From a virus (Duplodnaviria > Heunggongvirae > Uroviricota > Caudoviricetes), in IMG/VR virus record IMGVR_UViG_3300013232_000486: 64,000 bases of DNA. One strand, written 5' to 3'. How positions within the stretch are numbered: the first letter of the stretch is position 1; each line of letters opens with the position of its first letter. The position numbers and the translations under genes were made by a program. The notes beneath the pieces are model-generated. The model did no database searches. It saw only the letters and a program-made list of their open reading frames with translations, and was not told where the DNA came from. Shown in pieces: positions 27,842 through 37,804 of the stretch.

Positions 27842-28345
27842 TCACTCCTTGTTGAGGCAGCACTTCTTGTACTTCTTTCCGCTCTTGCAAGGACAAGGAT
27901 CGTTCGGCCCGATGCGCTTGCCAGCCCTTAACTGCGAACCGAGTGGACAGATCACGGAAAGACCTGGAACCGCGATCACGCGGCCATCTTGGCGACGTGG
28001 AGGGCGAAACTTGCGAGTCTGACGGGCGGGCGCTCCGGGATGGCCAGTCGTACCAGTCGCCCCAGAGGGACATCCACAGCCTTCGTGATGGGTATGGAAC
28101 TCGGCCTTTTCCTCAATGATCCCATCCCGACTTGAACCACTGCGTTCCTCGGGTGGAGGGAAGTAATCGCCACCCTCGTTCGCCTCGCCTGGTGTCCCAA
28201 TGACCTTGATGTCAAGCTTGACTTCCTTGGCGTCATCTGTCTTTGGTTGTGTAAGCCCTTCCAAGACGGCCTTGTCAAGAACCTCAAAATCGTTCTGGAT
28301 TTCAACCTTCTTCGGCTCGATGGGTATGCTTTCACTTTTCTGCAT
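27842..28345 (-). CDS. SEC-C motif (SecA C-terminal zinc-binding-like) domain protein
   Basis: C-terminus [19 protein letters not shown] is the classic SEC-C motif. Confidence 0.55.
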   Translation of the reverse strand: MQKSESIPIEPKKVEIQNDFEVLDKAVLEGLTQPKTDDAKEVKLDIKVIGTPGEANEGGDYFPPPEERSGSSRDGIIEEKAEFHTHHEGCGCPSGATGTTGHPGAPARQTRKFRPPRRQDGRVIAVPGLSVICPLGSQLRAGKRIGPNDPCPCKSGKKYKKCCLNKE

Positions 28346-29315
28346 GCTCTGGAACCTTTCTCCATTCCTCTGGGTGAGCGACTGCGTAGTCGACCATCTC
28401 GGCTACCAATTGTTCAAATCCGATCTCTGGCTTCCATCCCAACACTCTCTTCGCCTTGGAACAATCACCAAGGAGATAGCTGACCTCTGATGGTCGTAGA
28501 TGCTTCTCGTTGATGCTCACGTGGTTTTCCCACTTCATGCCAGCGCGATCGAACGCGATCTCGCAGAACTCCTTGACCGTATGAGCCTCGCCCGTGGCGA
28601 TCACGAAGTCTTCTGGCTTCGGCTGCTGGAGCATCAAGTACATGGCGCGAACGAAGTCTTTGGCATGGCCCCAGTCTCGTTTTGCCTCAAGGTTTCCAAG
28701 CTCAATGTGGTTCGTGTAGCCGAGCTTGATCGAGGCCACGCCTTGAGCGATCTTCTGGGTGACGAATTCGGATCCGCGCCGAGGACTCTCGTGATTGAAC
28801 AGTATGCCGCAGCAAGCAAACATGTTGTACGCCTCGCGGTAGTTCACGGTCATCCAGTGGGCATACAGCTTGGCCACACCATACGGGGAACGCGGGTAAA
28901 ACGGCGTGTCGTCCGATTGCGGTGGAGGATGACCACCGAACATCTCGGAAGTCGACGCCTGATAGAACTTGGCCTCTGGCGCGTTCTGCCTGAGAGACTC
29001 AAGGAGGCGCGTCACTCCCAAACCAGTCACTTCTCCAGTAAGTTCTGGCTGGTCAAAAGACGTCCTGACGAACGACTGGGCGGCGAGATTGTATACTTCG
29101 TCTGGACGAGATGCCCTGACGGCCCTCGTCAGCGAAGAACTATCTATGAGGTCGCCATCCAAAAGGTTGACCTGATCCAGTATCTGGTTTATTCGGCCCA
29201 AGTTATACGTGGACGTCCGCCTTTTTAATCCATATACCTCATAGCCCATGGACAAGAGATGTTCTGCCAAATACCCTCCATCTTGGCCAGTGATTCCAGT
29301 GACTAAAGCTCTCAT
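28332..29315 (-). CDS. gmd: GDP-mannose 4,6-dehydratase
   Basis: Collinear with E. coli Gmd: [98 protein letters not shown]. Confidence 0.95.
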   Translation of the reverse strand: MRALVTGITGQDGGYLAEHLLSMGYEVYGLKRRTSTYNLGRINQILDQVNLLDGDLIDSSSLTRAVRASRPDEVYNLAAQSFVRTSFDQPELTGEVTGLGVTRLLESLRQNAPEAKFYQASTSEMFGGHPPPQSDDTPFYPRSPYGVAKLYAHWMTVNYREAYNMFACCGILFNHESPRRGSEFVTQKIAQGVASIKLGYTNHIELGNLEAKRDWGHAKDFVRAMYLMLQQPKPEDFVIATGEAHTVKEFCEIAFDRAGMKWENHVSINEKHLRPSEVSYLLGDCSKAKRVLGWKPEIGFEQLVAEMVDYAVAHPEEWRKVPEHAEK

Positions 29316-29329
29316 TTGTGCTCCCTTCG

Positions 29330-29680
29330 CTACCTAATGATTACCAGCGTGTACTTCCCGTCGTCATGCAAGATGATATCACTGATGTTCTCTGCTATAG
29401 CTCCATCACTATGCCTAATTGCAGCACAATAGCGATCTTCAAATATGGGCGAGACGGTGAAAAAGCCGTCTCGCTTCGTCATGTCCCTGAACTTCATCTT
29501 CACAGAGGCCTTTTTCCCATCCAACTCGGCGGATATGACGCCCAGAAGAGATCTGCCTCGTTCGTCAAGGACGATGGGATTGACCCCACCGTCCTTGACC
29601 GTGATTCTGAAGTAATTGATTGCCATCAGCCTAGAACACCTGCTTGTCCTTGGACAAGTCGGGCAAAGCTGGATCGGCAA
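29330..29680 (-). CDS. hypothetical protein
   Basis: 116-aa ORF; the true start may be the internal ATG (MAINYF...). Confidence 0.35.
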   Translation of the reverse strand: MPIQLCPTCPRTSRCSRLMAINYFRITVKDGGVNPIVLDERGRSLLGVISAELDGKKASVKMKFRDMTKRDGFFTVSPIFEDRYCAAIRHSDGAIAENISDIILHDDGKYTLVIIR

Positions 29681-30077
29681 GCGGGTTCACGCCGAAGCGC
29701 TTGACCAACTCGAGCATCCCCTTGAAGTCCTCTGGGATGACCGATCCATCTGGCTCACCACCATCCTCTGGAGGCGGGATGCGGAGCAGCATCTCGGTCA
29801 GGATGAAGGAGCGCTGCGCCGCAGTGAACTCTTCCCACGTGGACTTGAAGAAGTGAATGACGTACCTCTTGTTGCAGAATAAGCTGATGGGAGCCTTCAC
29901 TCCATCAAGCTTGGCGAACCACTTGGCCCCTTTCGGGCGCTCCTTGTTGACGATCTGAACCACTGAGATCTGGTTCGGTACAATATGACCGAACTTGTCG
30001 GGGTAGTTCTCGATCAACTTTCCTACCATCTTCTCGGCTTCCTCGCATTGCTCCCAGACTGGTGCTTCGTTTGGCAT
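29631..30077 (-). CDS. hypothetical protein
   Basis: 148-aa ORF. Confidence 0.4.
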   Translation of the reverse strand: MPNEAPVWEQCEEAEKMVGKLIENYPDKFGHIVPNQISVVQIVNKERPKGAKWFAKLDGVKAPISLFCNKRYVIHFFKSTWEEFTAAQRSFILTEMLLRIPPPEDGGEPDGSVIPEDFKGMLELVKRFGVNPLADPALPDLSKDKQVF

Positions 30078-30140
30078 GTGATGATGCCCCCTTTCGCGAG
30101 GAATGATACACCTTTGCTACAAATGGTGCAAGCGTAAAAT

Positions 30141-32033
30141 TCAGAAAGGGTCGATCTTTTTGGGCTTGAACCCAGCTTCAAGAAGGAAAGGAGACGGCTC
30201 TGTCTCCCTTTTGCTTGCCAGAAGGCACGAAGACAGCCACAAGTTCTTTCTGGCCCTGGTCATAGCCACATAGAGCAGACGACGCTCCTCTTCGATTTGC
30301 TTCCGACGCTCGTCGTCGTCGCCAACGGATGAACATCGCTCATGGGGCAACAAGTTTGCGTTTACGTGGGTCAGGAAAACGTTGTCGAACTCAAGCCCCT
30401 TGGAACGATGCATGGTCATCAGCTTGACCTTGCCTTGGTCTCCCTTGTCGTCCGCGCTTGTCAGCAAGGAAACGTACTGAAGGTAGTCCTCCAGCGTACC
30501 GCCGCCAGCCATGTGTTTGTGCAACTCGACTACCAGTTCCTTGACGTTGGCAACGCGATCATTGTCTGGGGTCGAATCCTTGATGATGTTCGACGAGAAT
30601 GCCGTACGCTCGAGCATCTTAGAAAGCACTTCGTACGGTTTCTCGGAAGGGTTGTAATGAGCAGTGAATACCCCTAGTTTTTTGGCCGTATGACCATCGC
30701 CAACCGCCAATCTGACTGCTGAACGCATGACACTGACCTTGTTTTTCTCGGCGTAATCGTACACGTCAGAACAAGACTTAGGCCCGATCCCGCGACAACA
30801 GATTCCAGTCGCGGTCTCGAACGCCGTCTTGTCATTCGGATTGGCCAAAAGGCGAAGAATGGCCAGCGAACCCTTGATCTCCTTGCGCTTGAAAAAACCG
30901 ACGTCGCCATACACCTTGAATGGGATCTGTAAATGGCGCAATGCCCGTTCCAAAACACGCGAGGCAAAGTTAACACGGTAGAAAATGGCGATCTCAGAGG
31001 GCTTCTCGTGTCGTGAGTTTATCAAATGGAGAATTTGTTGGCCGACCCACATTGCCATGAAATCGTCAGTGTCCAAAACGACGGAAACAGGCTCTGATCC
31101 ATGCTTGTTGTCGGTTCTAAGGACAGAGTCCTTGCGATCCTGGTTATGAACGATGAGGGCATGCGCCTTCCCGAGGATTTCTGGAGTAGACCTGTAGTTG
31201 GTTTCCAGCTTCAACGCCTTCGCCTTGAAGTCTTTCTCGAAGGCCATGATGTTCTGCGGTGACGCGAACCTGAACCCATACACGCTCTGGTCGAAGTCGC
31301 CCACGCATAACACGTTACCGTGAGCGCCGAGCAACTTGACGATCTCGTACTGCGAAACGTTCGTATCCTGAACCTCGTCAACAGAAATGTACTTCCAGCG
31401 CTTCTGATACGCGGCAAGAACGTCTGGGAACGACCGCAGAAGCCTCAAGGCCTCAGAAAGTAGCCCCGTGAAGTCAATGGCGTTGCTCTTCTTGAGTTCG
31501 GCATAATAGGCTTCGACGACGGAGAGTTGCTTGTTTACCAAGTGGTACTTGTTAAGGGCAATTTCCGTCGTCAGGTCCGAGTTCCTCGTTGCTTCGATGA
31601 AGTTCATGACCTTCTGGACGTATTCTGGAGCGACGGGAAGCTCCTTCCCATCCAACGGCTCTCCCTCTATCTTGATCACGGCGGTTCGCATGGCCCGCCA
31701 TTGGTCATCGTCGTCGTATATGGAGAACTTGGTCGTGTATCCCAGCGCCACGGCGTTCTCGCGGATCATTCGAGCGCATAGACTATGGAACGTACAGATG
31801 GTCATGCGCTTGGCCGCAGCGCCGACCTCTTTGGCGATCCTGGCCTTCATCTCGTCGGCGGCCTTATTGGTAAACGTGATGGCGAGAATGGATGACGGAT
31901 CAACCCCTTGCTTTAGAAGGGCGCTCGTTCTGGCGGTAACGCAAGCGGTCTTTCCAGATCCTGGAACCGCAGTTACAAGACATGGTCCGTCAAAATGATC
32001 TATTACCTTTACTTGCTGCTCGTTGGGCTTCAT
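30141..32033 (-). CDS. UvrD/PcrA/Rep-family superfamily 1 DNA helicase
   Basis: Motif I AVPGSGKTACVT, motif Ia ILAITFTNKAADEM, DEVQDTN, and the C-terminal helicase motifs. Confidence 0.9.
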   Translation of the reverse strand: MKPNEQQVKVIDHFDGPCLVTAVPGSGKTACVTARTSALLKQGVDPSSILAITFTNKAADEMKARIAKEVGAAAKRMTICTFHSLCARMIRENAVALGYTTKFSIYDDDDQWRAMRTAVIKIEGEPLDGKELPVAPEYVQKVMNFIEATRNSDLTTEIALNKYHLVNKQLSVVEAYYAELKKSNAIDFTGLLSEALRLLRSFPDVLAAYQKRWKYISVDEVQDTNVSQYEIVKLLGAHGNVLCVGDFDQSVYGFRFASPQNIMAFEKDFKAKALKLETNYRSTPEILGKAHALIVHNQDRKDSVLRTDNKHGSEPVSVVLDTDDFMAMWVGQQILHLINSRHEKPSEIAIFYRVNFASRVLERALRHLQIPFKVYGDVGFFKRKEIKGSLAILRLLANPNDKTAFETATGICCRGIGPKSCSDVYDYAEKNKVSVMRSAVRLAVGDGHTAKKLGVFTAHYNPSEKPYEVLSKMLERTAFSSNIIKDSTPDNDRVANVKELVVELHKHMAGGGTLEDYLQYVSLLTSADDKGDQGKVKLMTMHRSKGLEFDNVFLTHVNANLLPHERCSSVGDDDERRKQIEEERRLLYVAMTRARKNLWLSSCLLASKRETEPSPFLLEAGFKPKKIDPF

Positions 32034-32082
32034 CGCGTCTCCTCGCTGAGACGAATGATACCAAGTCGCTCCACGGAGTCAA

Positions 32083-34029
32083 TCATCTAATCGGGCACGC
32101 TCCGCTGGAGCATTCCAGCGACTCGGCGAGAGAAAGAACCTCTTTGTCCTCCAGCGTCGTAATCGGCTTTACCTTGTGCAAAGTCTTCTTGTAGGTCTCC
32201 TCGCTTATCTCCTCGTAGGGAGCCTGCTTGAAGCCATGGCCGCTTCTCAGAAGGAAGGACACCGACTTGACGGAATCGTCGTAGTTGGCGGCAAGCCAGT
32301 CCTTGATGGAGGGAAGCTCTTCCTGCGAGTAGTAGACCGTGACGCTGACCGAGTTGTCGGCCCAGTACGTCTGGAGGAACTTCTGGTACTCTAGCTGCTT
32401 GATGGCGCTCACGTCCTTGGCAAGGACCGTCCCTTGGGGAACCGACACGGGGAACTCAACAACCATCGTGTCCATGTTGTAGCTTCCATCGAACTGGATC
32501 TGTGGCTCAACACGGTAGCCATTCACACGGCAAGCCTCGACGAGCGGGTCACTTGCCGCCATGCGGATACGGCGGATGTAATACTGGCTGAAGGCAGGAT
32601 GAACGCCAGGCGTGACCCCAGGCAGAAGGCTGACCGTACCACTTGGCTTAACCGTGGTGAGCTTGATGCTCTCCTTTACTCCAATAGACTTGCTGTACGA
32701 CTTGTCCAACTCTTCTACGTACTTGTAAACATTCGTGAACACTTCTGGCTTGTTCACGAAGTCGGACTGCAAGAACCCAGTCACCCCGAGACCGAGACGA
32801 TGGTTCTTGGCCACGACGTCGTTTGTTTCGTCATGGATGAACTTCATGCAACTGATCGACTTGATCACCTTGTACATCAACATCGCTGCGCGTTTGAACT
32901 CGGCCTCGTTCTTTATGTTGGGCAAGAATATCTCGGCCAAGTTGCATGCCTCGAACGGATTCAGGCCGATTTCAGCGCATGGGTTAGTTCCAACCACAGC
33001 ATTGTCTGGCCTGTAGTTGGGGCCATCTGCGACACGACCAAAGCGACGGAAGTTACGCAAGTTGATGATGCCATACGATTCGCCGCCGCCACCGTACGTC
33101 CTCCAGAAAGCGGGACTCAGTTCTTCGGCATGGTTCGCCACTACCGAGTTGTTCGACATGGCCCGCCAATTAGGGATGGATCCCTTCGACCAAGTCTTCG
33201 CGTCCAGGAACAACTGGTCGTCAACGTCGCCCAGCGCCAACTGCGCAGACCTTCGAACGTTTCCAGAAACCACGATTGAGCCGATTATGTTCAAAATATC
33301 TAGGCAGTCGATGGGGCGCAGCTTCTTGTCATAGCGGTGATGGAGGATGATACAAATCTCTCCTATCCCTTTGCACAAGTCCTCTGGACCACTCGCCACG
33401 CCTCCAAAGCCCTTGATTGGCGCTCCCTTGGGTCTGATGCAAATGGTCGAGTATGTGAACGATTTTCCAGTGAAGAAGAAGGCTTCCAGAACGCGCCTGA
33501 GCAACTCGACCCATCCCTCTCGATTGTCGGGGACTATGAAGTCGACGTCTTTGTCGTCCTTACGGATTACCTTGACGTCATACTTGATCTTCGGAATCTC
33601 ATAGACGTACTCGCGCTGTATGTTGTAGCCGACTCCGCCACCCAACATCAACTCGTCAAACGTGAAGATGAACGGCTTGATTGGATCCGACACGGGAAGA
33701 CACCAGCAATTCTGTACGGAATCGCCGCCCAGCTTCTCCACGGTCTTGGTACCCATCTGCCACAAGGCGCGGCCAGAGAAGGTACACTTCAAGTTGAAGA
33801 CCATGTCGTACAGCTCTTTGACCTCGTCCTCCGTCATCTTGAGGCCGATGTCCAGCGCCCCGTTGACACACCTAGCGACGGTCTCGTACCAGTCCTCGGT
33901 CACTCCCTCTTGGTCTTTCTTTCTTGCGTAGGTTCTCTTGTACGTGACGAACCCGACAGGCCCCCAAGGAACATGCTTGCTCTTGTATCCCGACACGAAC
34001 TTTTCTGGGAGCCTTTGTACGAATGGCAT
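32083..34029 (-). CDS. nrdJ: ribonucleotide reductase, class II (adenosylcobalamin-dependent) NrdJ-like
   Basis: The N-terminus YKRTYARK...EDWYETVARCVNG, SGRALWQMGT, and the active-site stretch GTNPCAEIGL (Cys) are all present; no separate beta subunit lies nearby. Confidence 0.8.
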   Translation of the reverse strand: MPFVQRLPEKFVSGYKSKHVPWGPVGFVTYKRTYARKKDQEGVTEDWYETVARCVNGALDIGLKMTEDEVKELYDMVFNLKCTFSGRALWQMGTKTVEKLGGDSVQNCWCLPVSDPIKPFIFTFDELMLGGGVGYNIQREYVYEIPKIKYDVKVIRKDDKDVDFIVPDNREGWVELLRRVLEAFFFTGKSFTYSTICIRPKGAPIKGFGGVASGPEDLCKGIGEICIILHHRYDKKLRPIDCLDILNIIGSIVVSGNVRRSAQLALGDVDDQLFLDAKTWSKGSIPNWRAMSNNSVVANHAEELSPAFWRTYGGGGESYGIINLRNFRRFGRVADGPNYRPDNAVVGTNPCAEIGLNPFEACNLAEIFLPNIKNEAEFKRAAMLMYKVIKSISCMKFIHDETNDVVAKNHRLGLGVTGFLQSDFVNKPEVFTNVYKYVEELDKSYSKSIGVKESIKLTTVKPSGTVSLLPGVTPGVHPAFSQYYIRRIRMAASDPLVEACRVNGYRVEPQIQFDGSYNMDTMVVEFPVSVPQGTVLAKDVSAIKQLEYQKFLQTYWADNSVSVTVYYSQEELPSIKDWLAANYDDSVKSVSFLLRSGHGFKQAPYEEISEETYKKTLHKVKPITTLEDKEVLSLAESLECSSGACPIR

Positions 34030-34121
34030 TTCACTTCCTCCGTGCTGTCTGGGGACAAAATATCCCCACCTGGCTCCAGGCGAGCCAGCGTCTCTCTGTC
34101 TGATTGCCTATTTAGTCTTCC

Positions 34122-34400
34122 CTACGAAGGGAAGTAGTAGGCCCTTTTTACCTGTCTCTCGATCTGCCTCAGTTCCGTTGGCTCTACGACGCCATTGTGG
34201 GCAAATCGTACGATTCCATCTTCTCCCCTCACAACCACACAGGGAACACCTTCATCTGCCAATTGACGATCAGCATACGAGGCGAACTTCGCGTCTTCGA
34301 CGTCGACCACATGGAACTCGTCGTCAAAGAACTCCTTCTTCATGAGTTCGATCTGCTTGTCGCAGTACGGACATGAATGCGAACTGAGTATCTCTATCAT
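34122..34400 (-). CDS. glutaredoxin (NrdH-like redoxin)
   Basis: CPYC active site at residues 10-13; 92 aa; sits next to the reductase. Confidence 0.75.
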   Translation of the reverse strand: MIEILSSHSCPYCDKQIELMKKEFFDDEFHVVDVEDAKFASYADRQLADEGVPCVVVRGEDGIVRFAHNGVVEPTELRQIERQVKRAYYFPS

Positions 34401-34759
34401 TGCTTCATCTGGTGAGCGAAAACCTCTAGCTTCACCTTTGACCCTTTTCGCCTGTTGAAGAGGACGGCTGTCTTTTCCATCTCCATGTCAGTTTCTTTTT
34501 TCGGAAGATCCTTCCAATCCTTCCCGTTAAACTTAAAAACCGACTTGTGCGTGTAAGTCCCTCGACACTCGCCGTTTGGAAGCCTCACGACGACGGTCAA
34601 TGTCTCTTTCTCTACGTCGTACTTGGCGAACTCGATCTTTCCCTCGACGATCATGGTGTCGTCGTACTTTGGGTCATGGGACGGAAGCCAGATGTTCCTC
34701 CTCTGGGCCTCCTCAAAAAACCTGGGGCGATCTATCTTGTACTCGTCTTCCATGCTCAT
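34397..34759 (-). CDS. hypothetical protein
   Basis: 120-aa ORF. Confidence 0.4.
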   Translation of the reverse strand: MSMEDEYKIDRPRFFEEAQRRNIWLPSHDPKYDDTMIVEGKIEFAKYDVEKETLTVVVRLPNGECRGTYTHKSVFKFNGKDWKDLPKKETDMEMEKTAVLFNRRKGSKVKLEVFAHQMKQ

Positions 34760-35472
34760 TCAGCCTTCATGCTGTCCGTGATCTGTTGCTTCAGCAGAAC
34801 AAGAAAGTGTTCCTTCGCCGTGCTCGAAGTTTGTAAGCGAACCTTCGTCAGCGATTCCATCACTTGGTCACCGAGGGTCATTAGCAGATGCCAATCGTGG
34901 AAGGTGAGATACGAGAACCCGGCGTCCTGGACCTTCTCCTCGATCCCTAGTTCTCTGTCATTCGCCTTGAGTTGCGTCTCAATGTCAACGATCATCCCTT
35001 CAGAGATCTTGCCATCAGGGAACTTGTCGGCGAATTCTGGCTTGATCTTGACGAGCTTGCATTGGATGCATAATGGAGTGAAGGTCGACGGAACTTTCGT
35101 CTCTTTTTCCACGCGCTCCGCCATGTCTCGATACATCTTCTCTGGTATGAGACCGTAAGTTCTGCATCTGAACGGCCTTGCAGTATACACTTGGCACTTC
35201 ATGTCACTCGACAACAACGGACACGGTCTCCACTTGGTCGGATCCTGAGGCGTAATGTATTGCTTGACGCAGCGCATGATGAGATCAAGCCGCTGTTCCT
35301 TCGACAACTTCTCGACGTAGTCACGTGAGATCCACACGTATTCTCCGAGAGTCATGTTCGGGCATCCAGCCCTGCAACAAATCCCTCGATGCGAGCAAGT
35401 AGTTTCTGGTATCGCCGCGACGAGAGCCTGGATTTTCTCTATCGCCACGTTCGGGTCGCTCTTGAACATCAT
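34756..35472 (-). CDS. YkgJ-like Cys-cluster (zinc/iron-chelating) protein
   Basis: CSHRGICCRAGCPN...C..C is a CxxCxxCC-type cluster. Confidence 0.45.
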   Translation of the reverse strand: MMFKSDPNVAIEKIQALVAAIPETTCSHRGICCRAGCPNMTLGEYVWISRDYVEKLSKEQRLDLIMRCVKQYITPQDPTKWRPCPLLSSDMKCQVYTARPFRCRTYGLIPEKMYRDMAERVEKETKVPSTFTPLCIQCKLVKIKPEFADKFPDGKISEGMIVDIETQLKANDRELGIEEKVQDAGFSYLTFHDWHLLMTLGDQVMESLTKVRLQTSSTAKEHFLVLLKQQITDSMKAE

Positions 35473-36086
35473 GCCGACGGCCCAGCCTTCCTTGATCTGA
35501 CTTCAATGGCAAGTACGCTAACGTCTCCGCCGTCCTTCCCTTCCCCGTGCAATGTCAGCCACGATGGAATGGACTCAAGCAAGATCCCGTTGGCGTAGAC
35601 AAATCCCTTGGCGATGACGATCCCACGAACGGACTTGTATATCGCGCATGGGCCGACGCATCTAAGAACGACCGTCTTTCCTTTGCGGATCATGGCTGCG
35701 ATGGCCCCAGCCAGCTTGGCGACTTCCTTGTCGTCCTCGTGGTTTCGGGCCGAGACCTTGTATTCGATCTTCTCCGTCTGTTCCGCGCTGATCTCCTTGA
35801 CGGTGAACGCGAGAACGGTCGAAGAAGTACCTTCTGAAGACTCCAATGACGAGAAAACTGGGTCGAAGGCAAGCGTGACGCCCGCTGGCTCCACCTTCTT
35901 GTTTGCCATGGCAACAGCCTTGACCGCCGCTGCCACGGCCTCGTCCTTGACGGCCCTCATTTCGCAGACGCCATGGTCTCTGAGTTGCCAGCAGATGGCG
36001 TTGCTGACGCGCTTTGGGTAATCTGGTTCCTTAGAGCCCTTGACCTTAAGGACGACAGACTTTTCGTTCTGTTCTTCTTCGTTCAT
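35469..36086 (-). CDS. tandem SpoVS-like (Alba-fold) domain protein
   Basis: Two repeats: LKVKGSKEPDYPKRVSNAICWQLRDHGVCEMRAVKDEAVAAAVKAVAMAN and YKVSARNHEDDKEVAKLAGAIAAMIRKGKTVVLRCVGPCAIYKSVRGIVIAKGF. Both resemble SpoVS (VLKVSAKS...AGALAGVLRERG..EIQAIGAGALNQAVKAVAIARGF). Confidence 0.55.
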   Translation of the reverse strand: MNEEEQNEKSVVLKVKGSKEPDYPKRVSNAICWQLRDHGVCEMRAVKDEAVAAAVKAVAMANKKVEPAGVTLAFDPVFSSLESSEGTSSTVLAFTVKEISAEQTEKIEYKVSARNHEDDKEVAKLAGAIAAMIRKGKTVVLRCVGPCAIYKSVRGIVIAKGFVYANGILLESIPSWLTLHGEGKDGGDVSVLAIEVRSRKAGPSA

Positions 36087-36093
36087 CTGAACC

Positions 36094-37794
36094 TCACACG
36101 CCAGCGATCAGCGTCCGCAGTTCCTTTATCCTACCGATGACAGTACGCTTGCTCGGAATAGTAATCTTCGCCAGCAGGCTTGCCTCGGAGGACCTTTCGA
36201 TCTCAAAGTCGTCGGTTCCTATTGAACCCTCAATCATGGCCTTGATCGCGGGTTCCTCGTCCATGGAGAATGGCCTACTAAGCTGCACGGTTCTCTTCTC
36301 CACGGCTCTGTCAACCACATCCTCAACTGTCTTGCACGATTTTATCACAGCGACGATGCGCTTGTCAAGATCAGTAGTGGCCACTTTGTTCAAGGCATAT
36401 TGAAGATCCATTAGAATGTCTGGATGGGTCTTCTTCGCGGAAACGAGGTCGGTAATTTTCGTGTCTTCTCCCTCGTCGTTCTCCATCGATGTCTTGATGA
36501 CCATGAAGCTTCTGGAACGCGCCCCATGCTTCTGCTCGTATTCTGATGGACTCATCACTTCAGCATAACTGTGATTTGCCTCAGACAGATGAGACCAGAT
36601 GTTATCAACCCACTTGCCGCAAACGGCGCAGCGAACCTTGAACTTGCGCAACGGGAACTTGCATGTCGCCAAGTAGAACTGAGTTTCCGTGACTCCCAGT
36701 TCCTCCAGGTCCGTCTTTGTGATAGATTCCCTGAGCTTACCAGTGAATGGACACACAAACTCTTCCGCATAAAGAGTATTCAGAACTATGCTGAAGTGTT
36801 TCTGAATATGCTCCATGACGGTGGTATGCGCTGCCGCTAGTTCCTCAAATCCTATTTCTGGAACCATCTTCCCAGTATAGGGGTTCATTACTGGTATTTG
36901 TTTGGCGAACAAAGTTGCTCGAGGATGCTTTCTGGCGAATTCGGCCATAGATATCCTCTGAGTTCTGTCCTTATTGACATGTTCGTCAAGATGTCTCTGC
37001 GATATGTAGAATATGTCCTTCCCAGAAGCTGGGCACTTAATGAATACCTGGAAGTTCGGGAAGTCGTCTTTCAAGTCATTGACCATGTACATAGGAGCCA
37101 ATATTTCTGGATAGTTCTCTCCTATCTTCAGCCCCGTCAGCGGACAATTTCTATCTGGGAATAGTCCTCCGAATTCCTTCATCCAGTCTTCGACAGTATA
37201 GTATCCAGCAACCCTATTCACGCGCTCGATCGTGACAAAATTGACCTTCTCTCCAGTATAAGGGCATTGCGTCTTCCCGTCATAGGACACGAGCGGATAA
37301 TTCGGATAGATTTCTTGGTACATTTTGACGGTCATCTCGTGCTTGAGATGCTTGTCGTCAATGTAAGGCATCCGCGCCCCGCAGATCTGACATTCAATTG
37401 GTGGACCCTTGAAACGCTGCGTCTTCAGCGTCTTCCTCTTGTTCATCAAGGCCGACGTCAAATAAGCATTGAACGCCTTGCCCATAGGCTTCTTCAGCTT
37501 GGCCATGTTGAACATCTCTGCCGAGCGCCATACGACCTCGATAAACATGTCCTTCCCCTCGTCCACTCCATTGTCGAGGTACGGGGAGAAGTCACGCGCC
37601 CACTGGAATTGGAAGATCATGTAATTGTCAAATATCTTCTGAAGAAGAACGTCGCTCTTGGTCTTCTGGTACATCATCACGCATTCTTCAATCCAGATCT
37701 TGTATGGCGGAGTACCCGGGATTGTCACGCCAACGGGAACCTCCCATTGTTCAAGCGTGACATACTTAATGTCGTGGTGCCATTTTTTTGGCAT
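36094..37794 (-). CDS. hypothetical protein with repeated C-P-x-T-G-K zinc-ribbon-like motifs
   Basis: 566 aa containing QCPYTGEKV, NCPLTGLKI, KCPASGKDI, NPYTGKMV, VCPFTGKLR and CAVCGKWV. Confidence 0.5.
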   Translation of the reverse strand: MPKKWHHDIKYVTLEQWEVPVGVTIPGTPPYKIWIEECVMMYQKTKSDVLLQKIFDNYMIFQFQWARDFSPYLDNGVDEGKDMFIEVVWRSAEMFNMAKLKKPMGKAFNAYLTSALMNKRKTLKTQRFKGPPIECQICGARMPYIDDKHLKHEMTVKMYQEIYPNYPLVSYDGKTQCPYTGEKVNFVTIERVNRVAGYYTVEDWMKEFGGLFPDRNCPLTGLKIGENYPEILAPMYMVNDLKDDFPNFQVFIKCPASGKDIFYISQRHLDEHVNKDRTQRISMAEFARKHPRATLFAKQIPVMNPYTGKMVPEIGFEELAAAHTTVMEHIQKHFSIVLNTLYAEEFVCPFTGKLRESITKTDLEELGVTETQFYLATCKFPLRKFKVRCAVCGKWVDNIWSHLSEANHSYAEVMSPSEYEQKHGARSRSFMVIKTSMENDEGEDTKITDLVSAKKTHPDILMDLQYALNKVATTDLDKRIVAVIKSCKTVEDVVDRAVEKRTVQLSRPFSMDEEPAIKAMIEGSIGTDDFEIERSSEASLLAKITIPSKRTVIGRIKELRTLIAGV

Positions 37795-37804
37795 GTAAAA
37801 TTCC

